In this document: positions 51,401 through 62,583 of the stretch, one piece after another
Layout of the letters: each line of letters opens with the position of its first letter
Position numbering within the stretch: the stretch's first letter is position 1
From: Lingula anatina
Lineage: Eukaryota; Animalia; Brachiopoda
DNA: 64,000 nt
Reading direction: 5' to 3'
Assembly (NCBI GenBank): GCA_051362555.1
Contig: CM120648.1
Location: forward strand, 17,108,587 to 17,172,586
The notes under the pieces: generated by a model
The model's database searches: none
What the model was told of the DNA's origin: nothing
Seen by the model: only the letters and a program-made list of their open reading frames with translations
Made by a program: the position numbers and the translations under genes

Positions 51401-53163
51401 TCACATGGAAGAGATAGACCAATGCCATTTTGTGTGATATCAGTAACCCTGACGCAACTAACGCCAAAACACAGGTGAGGAGCTAACGGGAACAAGGAGA
51501 AGAGAAAACACATTATCAAATTATGATTATTGAAGCTAAAACGCAATCCTTTTTGGTTGTAATTTTTAGTAGACCACATACGAAGAATGCATTACCTAAC
51601 AACCCCCTCAAGTCGGTGTAAAGGTTGCTGCTGTGATCAGTTTGTTTGTTTTTTTTATTCAAACACGTAAGTTATACTTTAAAACAGGACATTTTAATTT
51701 TTCATCATTAGATTTCCTTATAATGTCAAACCGAGCACAAAAGGCTGCTGAGAAGTTATTCTTATTCATCGTTTACATCTCAAGCTACACGAACTAGTGC
51801 TGAAGAAAATTGTAATTCAGAATACATATATTTATGTACATGTAAATATTTATAGCCTATAGTGCGAATAATCCAACACAAACAATTTTATGGTTATATA
51901 AGGATGTAGCAATTTTTCTTCATTCAACAGATAAAATTATTGTTTACCACCAATATTTGAATGTCTGTTAAGAGAACCCTCATTAGGATCGATGACAGTT
52001 TTATTATGAATTTGTGCATTTAAATTGCATCTGGAATTGTACCACCACCCCAACTAGTACCTAACAAGTTAGAGCAATCACTCATCCGACACACCTATAG
52101 GTGGCGCTAGTTGTTTGTTTTCGCAGACCGCTACAAAAACCGTGACCCACACGTATCAAATGTCTACGTACGTCATTTTACACTGCCTGCTGCCTCTAAA
52201 CTAGGGTCCAGATTAAAAAGGTTGGGCACACATCATTACCCCTGTGAACCAAACATAGGCAGGGTTAACACCGGGCAGGAGTTTTTTGACAGCAGGGGTT
52301 GAATGTTACAAGCAGGACGGGCGGGTGTGGATGAGCGTGTGTATGGATCACGTGTGTGATTATCATATTTTCACGTGTATGTCAGCTGACCAGCCTCAAT
52401 ACGCTTGCTGACACGTGGTTGTCTGTTGGCACGTGATTCCAATGTCAAAATCGTCTTGAAACTATTTTGCTACTACTGGGGTACTTTACTACTACTACTA
52501 CTACTATTATTATTATTATTATTATTATTATATTCAACTGATATACTTTAGCTCAACTTGTGTTTTGATTTAGTTTTATATTATAAGCAGATAATGTCAC
52601 TTAATAACTCCACGTACAAAGAGGGGAGGGGCAGGTATTTCTATTTTTCACTACTCTACTTTATTTGATGACACGTGGACCTCCAAGCACTGTTTTAGAT
52701 AGCACGCCATGTGTTATCATTATGGAACTGAACTGACAGAAAACTTCAGGTGATTTCGCATATCTCCGTTAGATGGCGGTCTTGTCAGTGCTCAGAAAAT
52801 CGCTGTTTATTGGAAACAAGCAGTTGAAACCTTAACAATGCTGTCATGCATTTCCCTGCTTTATTTCCAATGATAAGAAGAGTTTCGATTTTGTTCATAT
52901 TTCATTGTAACAGTGAACGAAGGACTGTTTGTACTTAGCTTATTAATTTATTTCCATGACCAAACAATATTTCACATCATTTTAAACGCAACACACAATG
53001 ATATAACATCCCAATATGGAACCTTCTTAATGATCTTAATAGTGTGAAATGAAAACCTGCGTTTCATGACTTCATAAACGAAAGATTTTCAGCACATGAT
53101 GAAAGTGCTTGTATCCGAAAACTAACACATATATACAATATAATGTTGTGTGCTTACCTGCAT
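43182..53163 (-). CDS. CHS: Chitin synthase (GT2), divergent; exons 53158-53163 (tentative), 51385-51482, 50867-50981, 48604-50245, 45531-45686, 44741-45235, 44098-44402, 43182-43679; ~1104 aa
   Basis: Motifs CTTMYQE, HLKDSRKIRNKKRWSQIMY, TDADM, QQFEY, GSVLCAPGCLSLYR, DMGEDRW, QRKRW, SWGTRE and EFW...LRN. The exons join in phase (3315 nt total). The first mini-exon (ATG CAG|gtaagc) is uncertain. Confidence 0.9.
44098..44402 (-). CDS. CHS: CHS exon ending in SWGTREQ
   Basis: ttttag|CT and CAG|gtggga. Confidence 0.88.
44741..45235 (-). CDS. CHS: CHS exon with EDR and Q(R/K)RRW-type motifs
   Basis: ttcag|GTGAAGACCGCTGG and donor A|gtgagc. Confidence 0.9.
45531..45686 (-). CDS. CHS: CHS exon (HWWGKSTEYTLGSVLCAPGCLSLYR...KDMG)
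   Basis: ttgtag|CT and G|gtttgt; conserved CHS motif. Confidence 0.9.
45805..47465 (+). mobile_element. Decayed Tc1-family DNA transposon in a CHS intron
   Basis: TIRs cagggttaccacttaatatggaata / tattccatattaagtagcaaccctg with TA TSD; contains transposase fragments. Confidence 0.92.
46092..47148 (+). pseudogene. Tc1 DD34E transposase, disrupted by frameshifts and stops
   Basis: Fragments GVRVSHQEDR, ARRPVGKLLLT..HIQRRLQWA, WNHIVFSDE, FVYQDHCATPHR, WPANSPDMNPIENLW and AGGHTR spread over several frames. Confidence 0.88.
47896..48054. mobile_element. hAT-like MITE
   Basis: TIR catgggcgtccgcag / ctgcggacgcccatg; 8-bp TSD agcgctgt / ggcgctgt. Confidence 0.82.
48604..50245 (-). CDS. CHS: CHS large exon: N-terminal TM segments and first half of the catalytic domain
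   Basis: Acceptor ttttccag|ATTGTG and donor TTTG|gtaagt; ORF 48488..50242. Confidence 0.92.
50776..50860. repeat. 28-bp tandem repeat x3 next to a CHS donor site
   Basis: ttacacaaaactctttcaaaagccacaa. Confidence 0.8.
50867..50981 (-). CDS. CHS: CHS N-terminal exon (TAVCEGVFFVTEAITFLIGMWRL...)
   Basis: ttttccag| and ATG|gtataa; phases match both neighbours; hydrophobic. Confidence 0.75.
51385..51482 (-). CDS. CHS: CHS N-terminal exon (LLTCVLALVASGLLISHKMALVYLF...)
   Basis: Long pyrimidine tract ...cccgttag| and donor AAG|gtaaac; resembles the first TM helix of animal CHS. Confidence 0.72.
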
Positions 53164-53412
53164 ATCTTATTTGCTTACTTTTCAAAATCAAAAATTTTTT
53201 AACGCATTTTAACAGCAGAACATGCACTTCCAGTTATCCCCTATCAGCACACTGGTCAAGAGCCGCGTTTCTAATTGTTCTCACACGTGGCTTTTAGTTC
53301 TCAACTACTGCATCAAGAACTGACTTTAGCCAATAAGTTATATAAATTCTTGCTTGAGCTGACCCATGAATAAGATGAGCTCGGACCACCACGTGTGCAC
53401 TGATATGACGAC

Positions 53413-53564
53413 CAGGGCCCCGTATCTCGAAAGCATCGTGCATTGCGACCGAGCGCAAGCGTCTGGATTCCATAAATCGCCCATACTCGCCCCATATAAT
53501 ACATTGTAGCCTCTATGTGATATCGCTATTCGCAATACGCGATGCTTTCCGGTTACGGGGCCAG
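53413..53564. mobile_element. Hairpin MITE (related copies ~59091-59232, ~11874-12037)
   Basis: cagggccccgtatctcgaaagcatcg / cgatgctttccggttacggggccag. Confidence 0.68.
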
Positions 53565-53565
53565 G

Positions 53566-53714
53566 TGCGACACACATGTGGTAGTCCTAGGAACGAAAGT
53601 CCGGGGTCCCATATAAGCAGTACAGGTTAGGGTTAGTTGGAGTATTGGGGTTAGTATATGGGACGAATGTCACCTGTACAAAGTAATGGGAAGCGGACTT
53701 CCATTCCTCTTACA
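53566..53714. mobile_element. Short Ginger1-like MITE sharing a CCGG with the adjacent 2-kb element
   Basis: cagg|tgcgac...ttaca|ccgg; same family as 10170 and 42657. Confidence 0.65.
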
Positions 53715-53718
53715 CCGG

Positions 53719-55732
53719 TGTCATGTACCAGAAGGTCCCCCATGACAGAAAGTCCGGGACCCGTTATTGAAATATCTGAAATAACGAGTCCCGGACTCTG
53801 TATCATGACAATTGAATATAATATACAGGGTCCCCCGGACCCTGCATTTAACCGGACCCTACGTTTCATGACTATCACGAAACACAGAGTCCGCCCGTCA
53901 TTCAGAAGAACTTGGTCTAAAAGCTAGGGTCCTACTGTAGAATAGTAGATATTTAGTAAAAGCGCTTTATATTGACAATCTGGGTATAATAGAATTATAA
54001 AAAAGCAAACCCTTGATGCAAGTAAATGTAATATAACAAAACGGCGGTGGTTTGCACAACGACCTGGTGGTGTAGTGGACAGCGACACGGGTGATAAGCC
54101 TACTATGGTATCCAATGACAGGAAACTATGCAGAAATTAAACAATATGTTGGTTCGAGGTTCGAGTCCCACACTAGAGTTGATATTTTAACGCCTCTATT
54201 TTCACTCTTGTTTTTTAAATCTATAGTTAAATATTTAACTTACTGTCCATTTATAGTGTGTCATTCCGCAATAATATGTGTTATACTCACTTTTGATTAT
54301 ATTCCATACCTTTTTTAATTGGACTTACTTAAAATATTTCACACATATCCCATTGCATTGTGATGCTTTGGACTATATACACGCGTGACTTATTTGATTA
54401 CCACTCGCACATGTGTGTAAGCTAGTGATACACAATGAATCGATGCTAAACTGTGCAAAACGTTCCTTTTATTTAGACTATAGCCGTGACTTAGGCTACA
54501 ATGACATAAATGTGTGACATAAATGTGTGACAGCTAGCGTTATACAGTGCATCAATGCCAAATTGTGCAAAATATGTATTTTCTGGAAACTGACGAAATT
54601 AATTAGTTATTAAATATACATGCTTATGGAGTGTAATTAAAAATGTACTCATTTAATTTTGTTTACCAATTTATATAAAGTTTTAATTTAAATTGCAAAT
54701 TGCATAACCTTAATTAAAATTGAATCAACCCAAAAGGAATGTGTTCCATGTTTCTAAGGGTATAAAATGGCTAGCTCTTTGCGATGTCAGCATGGATTTT
54801 CAAGCAGTGCGACCTTATTTACAACATGTCAGGTACAGAAGACGAACAACCGACAATCAGAAAAGAGCAATAAGGAGAAGCGCTGCAAACCATTATAAAT
54901 TAATTATAATTTAAATAATTAATTTAAATTATTAATTTAAATAAATTAAATATAAATATATTAATTATATATTTAATTATACATTTATACTCGTTTAACT
55001 TCAAGACTGTTTAATAAAAGCGAAACTTACATGTACATTTAAGGTACATATTTATATTTCTGTTTTAGCTCGAAAGCTGCTGCTTATATTACAGAGCTGT
55101 GAGAAAGATACATGCAGTTGGAGTAGAGAGTGGAAATGAAGAGAGGAAGAAGGGGAGATGGAGGAAAGTAGAAGAAATCGAAGATAAGAAAACTGCCTTG
55201 TTACAAGAAATGCACGACAAAGAGAAAATGACTATGAGGAAAAAAACAATTACTATACTGATTAATAAAATAAACTTTTTTTTGTAAAATCAGGAAGTTC
55301 ACCAAGGGCACTTATGTATTCTGAATAAATTTATATTTCTTAAGTGATGTTCTTTCTCAATTGCATACAAAAGATAATCCTGCAAATTAGTTTATGAAAT
55401 GCGAACAATGCACATTTATACTACGCGTTACACTTTAACAGAGGTTAAGAATGTTTATTTTACCTTTAATCCTTATAATTCTTTCCTCCGTATCAGTTAA
55501 CATTATGTTTTAAGTGTGAGATTTCATTATTGCTCTTCATTGCGGACTTTCAGTATTAAAACGTAGGGTCCTAGGACTTTCCGTACTGAAATAGAGTGTC
55601 TAGGGGGACTCTACATTTCAGAACATAGAGTCCGGGACCCGTTATTTCGAGACAGGGAGTCCGCCGGACTCTCAGTTTTAAAACACCGGGTCCGCCGGAC
55701 CCTAGAATGGTAGGACTCTGTGTTGCTTGACA
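53719..55732. mobile_element. ~2-kb Ginger1-like non-autonomous element with subterminal gtcc/ggac palindromic arrays
   Basis: ccgg|tgtca...tgaca|ccgg; repeated gagtccgggaccc-type motifs at both ends. Confidence 0.68.
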
Positions 55733-56187
55733 CCGGCATTAAAGTATTAAAGGACATTTTTTTTAACTTATTTTTTTAAGCTGACGGAGGATGCAAGACG
55801 ATAAATAACCATGTATAACGGCAAAGACTAATGCATTCAATAACCACATAGGGGAGATTGGGGGTAATATATGTATTTATAGATTTCGTATCACCCAACC
55901 TCCCCCCCCCCCTTTTTTTCCCTTTTTGTTCCCTGTGTAAGCTATAGGAGTAAATATATCAAATTGTATTTTCTCATATTTCCTGATTAAAAAAAACATC
56001 TTGTCCATTTAACAAACATATATTACTGTGTCGGAGAGAATCTGCGAGTTAGACACTTAACTGTGAGATCATGCCCCCTCCTCTGCTTAATGTACCCTGT
56101 ATGTAATATTTCAAGTCCCTGTGACCAAGGAGTTATAACAGAAGGTGTTATAACTCCTTGCTGTGACAATGTTTAGAGATAGACAAT

Positions 56188-56588
56188 CCCCAGCAGGCAC
56201 AGTGGCGTTGGATCACGTTGAAAACATGGTTGATACGTTGAATTGCCGTTGATCTACCTAAATGCAACGTAAAATCAACGTTGATCCAGCCACGTCAAAA
56301 CACCGTCATAATGTGACGTTGACTCAACGTTGTATTTTGGCTAAATGCATTGAAAAAATCAGACAAAGCAGGCATTTGGATGTTTTTACAGTGTACGTTA
56401 TAATTGTGTACCTGTGTTTTGTACCAAAAATAAAAACATTTCAGGTCATTTTAATGTCTTTTCATGCAAGAATGTTGTCTAACAACTGGGGTTGATACAA
56501 TGATGTTATCTGACGTTGATCCAACTTCTTATCAACGTTATGGTTCAACGTTGTTTCAACGTTAAAACAACATAATTTGCTCGCTAGG
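56188..56588. mobile_element. CACTA/EnSpm-like MITE with aacgtt-rich subterminal repeats
   Basis: cccagcaggcac...ttgctcgctagg; many acgttg/caacgt motifs; similar end at ~40560-40640. Confidence 0.5.
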
Positions 56589-56643
56589 TTGAGTTTGGCA
56601 ACATTTGACTGACTACTGAAAATGAGCGAACATGGCGTTTCTT

Positions 56644-57117
56644 CATATTTTGTTTAATTCATAGCTATTTATTTGCCCTATGTCCCTGCAATTAACAGAT
56701 GAAAAGAATACTTGTTTGGCCAGTGAACAGGTAAGCAATAGGGGTTATTACATCATTATTCGTTACACTGGCCTTAAATACAAGGAACTGTAAATTAACT
56801 TTAACATGCATTTATTGTTACCTGTACCTTCTGAATCTCCAATGACCAACCCAAGTATATAATTACCACTGCATCACCACTGCATATTTTGTTTAATTCA
56901 TAGCTATTTATTTGCCCTATGTCTCTGCAATTAACAGATGAAAAGAATACTTGTTTGGCCAGTGAACAGGTAAGCAATAGGGGCTATTACATCATTATTC
57001 GTTACACTGGCCTTAAATACAAGGAACTGTAAATTAACTTTAACATGCATTTATTGTTACCTGTACCTTCTGAATCTCCAGTGACCAACCCAAGTATATA
57101 ATTACCACTGCATCACC
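56644..57117. repeat. Near-identical direct tandem duplication, period ~239 bp
   Basis: catattttgtttaattcatagc begins at 56644 and again at 56883. Confidence 0.93.
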
Positions 57118-58132
57118 TCTTTCAGTGTCAGTACACTTAACAGGTGTACAGGGTGATTGACGAGTGAACGGGTAAGCAACTAATATTGTGAATGGTTATA
57201 TAACCTTACACATCAATTTATTGTGAAAGTACTTGCAATTCTGTTTTCCAAGGGCGGCTAGGCCAACTTGTAGGCCATAACAAATCCTCTCCGTTTCCTG
57301 CATAGAATAGGATATAACACCAAACCTTAAGTGTGACAGTGTGTCAAAAATCCACAGCCCTCTATATTTTAAATATCATATAAATACCATGTGCCCGAAT
57401 CCCACGCCAAAGGGGGGGGGGGGGGGGGGGGGGGGGGAAGGTCGGCGTCGCACCTGCGCACTCCCTTTAAATAATCTTGGATTCGCCCCTGGGGACCCCA
57501 ATCCTAGAATTACCATTCCTGCCACACCTCTCTGTGCTTGACACTCAGTGACATGGAAGGGTTGACGACTACTTTCTGCTTCAAAGACGCCGCTACACAT
57601 ATATGCGTCCCACTCGTGTCAATTTAAAGAGCAAAAGAAAAATGAGACACGCGACATTCGTAAATTAAAGCAACTTGAACACAGGCTTACTGATTATAAA
57701 TGTCGCTCTCAATAGCTGCCGGAAGAATTGTCGCAATATGTCGTAATAGAATGCATATATTAGATATTTAATTGAAGAAGTTATTTATGAGGACGTCAAG
57801 AAATAAGCTAATTATGAACTACTGGGTACCTGAGAGACAAAGCGGAATGGGATGGCATAGATCACGCGAAAGAGAAAGGAAAGACATATATGTGATTAGT
57901 ACAGAGAGACCCCTGCCTGTATAAGTAGGCCTAGAAGAGAGACGGTGAGTAGAAGTTTGTAAATCACCTGACCATCGTCACTGACACAATACATGTACAT
58001 GTCTTACTGGTGTTTATTGTACGCGTACTCTTCACAGATCACAGTCACCCAGGCCACCGTTTTTTTTAGAACTTTATTTACATGTAGTAGGATTCTGTTG
58101 AACTTTTCAAATATGCGGTCACTACATCACCG

Positions 58133-58470
58133 GCTATTAATAATAATAAAAGGCTTCTTATATGGCGCCTTACATGCTACCTCAAGGCGGCTTACAATAA
58201 TGGATAATATAACTAAAATCATTAAAATGACTCCAATATTTAAATCTAAAACACTCATTAAAAACCATTTAAAATTAACACTACTAAAAACTCAATATTA
58301 TTAAAATATAAAATCTAAGAGATATAGACAGATTAAAAAATGTGGGTCTTTAAAAGGGATTTAAAATTGTCAAAGTCTTCTGCTTTTCTAATGAAATTCG
58401 GTAAGACATTCCACACTTTGGGGGCGTAGATTATAAAAGCTCGATCGCCATAACTTTTGAGGCACCCCTT
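58133..58470 (-). mobile_element. L2-clade LINE 3' end
   Basis: Minus-strand translation KSYGDRAFIIYAPKVWNVLPNFIRKAEDFDNFKSLLKTHIF, then a 3' UTR ending in (TTA)n. Confidence 0.82.
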
Positions 58471-59659
58471 CTCTAAAACAGAATGTTCTAAAATAATGCC
58501 ATTCTCAGTATTAAAACGTGTGGACCGCCCCCCCCCCCCCTCAAAAAAAAAATAAATAAATAAAAAAAACCCTACTCGCTAAAAATAATCAGGATTAAAA
58601 TTAAGAGACGACAGTCATTTTTCACCTTCAACTGCAACTCACCATCATCTTGCGACTCCTGGCAAACAGCACTGATCACTAACATCAACTTCAAGACGCC
58701 CTAGTGTCACTATTTTATCAGTCCAATCGTTGTGTCTTCAGCGGTAATATATATATGGAGCTATTACCGGATGACCATTGTCCACGGAAGACTGACTTCT
58801 CACTGGACGTCAGACGTCACCAAACTCTCAGCCAATCAGCGCCCAGTAATTTCACTCTCCAACCCACACAGGTGCTTTAGCTTTTGGTGACGACCCTCGG
58901 GACTTATAAACGGATAAACCGAGCCAAAAATTTGTGAGCAATTGCCAAATAAACGACTCCAGCAAAGAATAAACTATCCCAACGTAAAATTACTTGACGC
59001 AAGCACACCGGCTGGAGTCATGAATTTGTGCATTTTTTGCTCTCAAATCCAAGGCTCGTGTTAGAAAACAGCAATTATCGTTTATAAGCTCTGGGGTCCG
59101 TAACTCGAAAGCATCGCAAATTGCGATAGCGATGTCACCTTTCATTTTGAGTCTATTATATGGGGCGAGTAACGGAATACAGGCGCTTGCGCTCGGTCAC
59201 AATTCGCGATGCTTTCGAGAGACTGAACCCTGATCTTGCTACATGTCGATAAAAAAGTCAGTTCACACAATGACTTTTCTGAATTTCCCACGCATGAACT
59301 AAGAGATTCTTTATTATTTATTGTTTTTTTAAAGCTGTTTAAGGCAGTTACACGTACTCTAGTGTAAATATTTGATTATAATATTCACTACTGCATAACC
59401 CGCATTACTGAAGGAAAGTAGCGTAGGTTATTTTTAAAGTTATGGAAACAATTTTGGTGATGAAAGCAGCTGAAGGTAGTGTGTAACAAATACTAGTATT
59501 GGCCAGATAGGGTGCCCTCTACAAGGGCTACAGATTGATTTTTTTTACAAAGTAATCACAGATAGATAGACAGTCATTTGTGTTTCTGGCTTTTTTACAT
59601 TTTCCCTATAATATCTGCCACTCTGGTGGGGGGTAACCTATTTACCAGTAGAGCAGTAA

Positions 59660-59852
59660 GACCCTATTCCCAGAGATTAGATCGATCCAACTAGATCGAC
59701 CTAACTCCCTTGGGGGTTCACGCTAAATAGCTGTCAGCCGAAAAATATACAGCTTGTAGTAGGGGGGACGGACATTTAAGCCGAATTATCTGACAGTAAT
59801 CTAGTGACTCCCCACGGGGATAGATCGATCTAAAATCTATGGGAATGCACCC
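59660..59852. mobile_element. Related hairpin MITE abutting the family P copy through a shared TAA
   Basis: taa|gaccctattccca.agattagatcgatc...gatcgatctaaaatctatgggaatgcaccc|taa. Confidence 0.75.
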
Positions 59853-59855
59853 TAA

Positions 59856-60111
59856 GACTGGGTTCCCATACCTTGATAGATCTAACAGGATTGATCCATC
59901 TCCGAGGAGTTTCTCACAATTTTTCTTTCCGCTTAAGCGGCTTAGATGTCTGGCACGCCTACTGAAGCTGCTAAACGATAATTAATTACCCCCTAGCAGC
60001 TTCAGTAGGCTTGCCAGACATCTAAACGGCTTAAGGTATTGCAATTTAGCGAGAATCCTCTTGGAGATAGATCGATCCAGAATTAGTAACATAGGGTCTA
60101 GGAATGGTCCC
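59856..60111 (+). mobile_element. Family P MITE with TAA TSD
   Basis: taa|gactgggttccca...ggaatggtccc|taa. Confidence 0.85.
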
Positions 60112-60693
60112 TAAAACGCAGCCCTTCACAGATTTCGTCCCCCCTCTGGCTAATTCATGGGACACCTCTCCCCTGCGGCCCTGTGATGAAATCTCAAAGA
60201 TAATTAAAGGGTTGGTAAATGTTTACATAACTACACAGGCACTACCTGTTCTCTAGTCCCTGCCAAATTTCTCTGATTTCAGTCAAGGCAGTCAATAGAT
60301 CTGACCTTAATTCTTTACTTTGTTGTACTCGAACCTACCTGAAGGCAACCAACTTGAACGATCAATGATACAAAAAACCACTGAAAATGGCTTTAAATGC
60401 CACACTAGTATACCATAATGCAAAAAAACGAAGCAAAACGTTCCTCATCGCAAAGTATTAAAAAAAAATCGCCACTCATACGCAACAGAAGAATATTAAA
60501 AAAATCTCGGTCCGCACGCGATATAAAATAGAACTAAATGAACTAGCTGCAGGGGCCTAGCATTTACACCTATAACTAGTAGTCGAGATTTAATCTGTTT
60601 AAAGGCGCGTGTGGAGGCGGGGAGACCATCGGGAATCAGCAGCAGCGCATTTGAAGTGTGGTCGGCCATATTAAGTGGGCGGATCAGTAAGTA

Positions 60694-61011
60694 AAAGTAA
60701 AACATTATTGCATAACATGTACTCTGAAGGACACAAAATCCATCATTTGCTACCAGAGATAAATGAAAGTTCCTACACTTTGCGCTGGGTTTATAAGTAC
60801 ACTGTGCCAAAATTGAGGACTGTACGATCGTCAAAAACTTTTATCCCATGGGCTTTATCAAATTTTAAGAACTGAGTTTTTTTATGAATTTTTAATGTGT
60901 ATCGAATCATTTTAACACTTACAAGTATATTTTTAGATTGTGCATCTCACGACTATATGTTTTTATTGTAAAATCCAACTTTTTAAGTTGCAAATAAATA
61001 CATATTATTAT
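60694..61011 (+). mobile_element. 5'-truncated LINE (CR1/L2/Rex-Babar group) inserted in a MITE
   Basis: HKIHHLLP...YTLR..YTVPKLRTVRSSKTFIPWAL*, aataaa and (tta)n tail; flanked by a taagta direct repeat. Confidence 0.72.
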
Positions 61012-61463
61012 TAAGTACTCAGATCGTCCATTCTGAATGGGGCCTAAGAAGCAAAGAACTTAAAACTTTTTGGTGGTCACGTGGCACACCTTCCTGGTCC
61101 TATGTTCTCCATTATCAATTATTAACGGAGGTTGATTGAATAAATTAATTTTTATTTTAAAACAATGGGTGTGTTTTTTAACTTTGGAATCTTCATGGTA
61201 GCCATTTTAAAAATTGTCTCTGATTGCCATATAAAGCAAACTTCACAGGGGTGGGGTCTTCTTTTATTATTATTATTATTATTGACAAATTGAAATGAAA
61301 CGAAAGAAAAAAAACGAAGCTGTGTGTCTAAGTTTGCAGCTCTATCAAGCACGTAATGTTTTAAGCGTTTTTAAGGCTCAAAAGCGCCCAGAGACTCTCC
61401 TTAATTACTGTCATGACTCAGCTGGTCTAGACAGTCTCTAAAAGATACATGTGCAGTGACCGG

Positions 61464-61627
61464 TGTAACAAAACTGAGGGTCCGTGTAACAGAAAGCCCG
61501 CCTTCCATATAGTTATAATGGTTAGGGTTAGCCTGGCCTATGTGGGTCAAAATCTGGGGCGAGGCTCACCTGTGCAAATAAATGGGAAGCGGACTCTCTG
61601 TTATGGAGGACTCTCTGTCACGTTACA
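61464..61627. mobile_element. Ginger1-like non-autonomous element
   Basis: ccgg|tgtaac...gttaca|ccgg; internal ggttagggttag. Confidence 0.7.
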
Positions 61628-62552
61628 CCGGACATAAAGCCGTGTGGAATATACAGTTGATAACTCTGTCACGTAGACCAAAGCCCAGGTGCTTCAAAGA
61701 TTGTTAACCTTCACACTGCATCTGTTTTTTTAGTCTTATTTGGAATAACAGTTTACTGTAATGACCACACGGCACATCAAATCGCCGTTATTTGGGGTGA
61801 AGAAAAGAGCGTTGGGCACGGGTCATCAGATGCACGCATATCATCAATCTCTGGACCTGTAAAACAAGTCCTTATTAAATGGTGGTTCGAGAGAGGGGGA
61901 GAGGGGAGGGGAGGGTAACAGATCTTAACCTTCGAAGTGTCCCCCTTTCTCCCTAACAAACCAGTAGACCAAGCTAAAAGAGACACATACCGTGTGAAAG
62001 CATCTCTGCACCATACATTATTGATTGAAATGACATTATACGTGTATATCACGTTTTTCTATGTCATCTTAAATCATATAATTATGTGTTTATCTATTAT
62101 CAATATTACCATTTTGCTCTCTATTTCAAAATTTCCTGGATCAGAGCATATCTTTATCAAAACTATGATTCTAACTTTTTATTCGTTATGTCAAGTTTAC
62201 AGTGTTCAACCGGGTTTTGGCATGACCATTAATATTTAAATTATTCTCAAACCATCACCATTTTTCTGTTTTTTATTCCTTTCGTTTTTCTTTTTTTTTA
62301 TTGCTCGTTATGGTTATTGATAGATTATTAGAGATAACAGCTCTTCATGATATGCAACATTTCACAATAAATCCATTGTAAACAACACATCAAAATATGA
62401 AAAAATACCATTGTACCACCAAAACGGCGGCTATCTCAATTATTCTGAAATCTGTACTTGCCATCGGACCATGTGGGCTTTCACAAATGGCTACCCTCCA
62501 TAGTAATATCTTAAGAGATTATTACCCCCCCCAAAAAAAATAAATAAATAAA

Positions 62553-62583
<31 letters not shown>

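Noticed and set aside
54061-54180. tRNA gene
   Set aside because: A and B boxes are present but there is no acceptor stem or cloverleaf.
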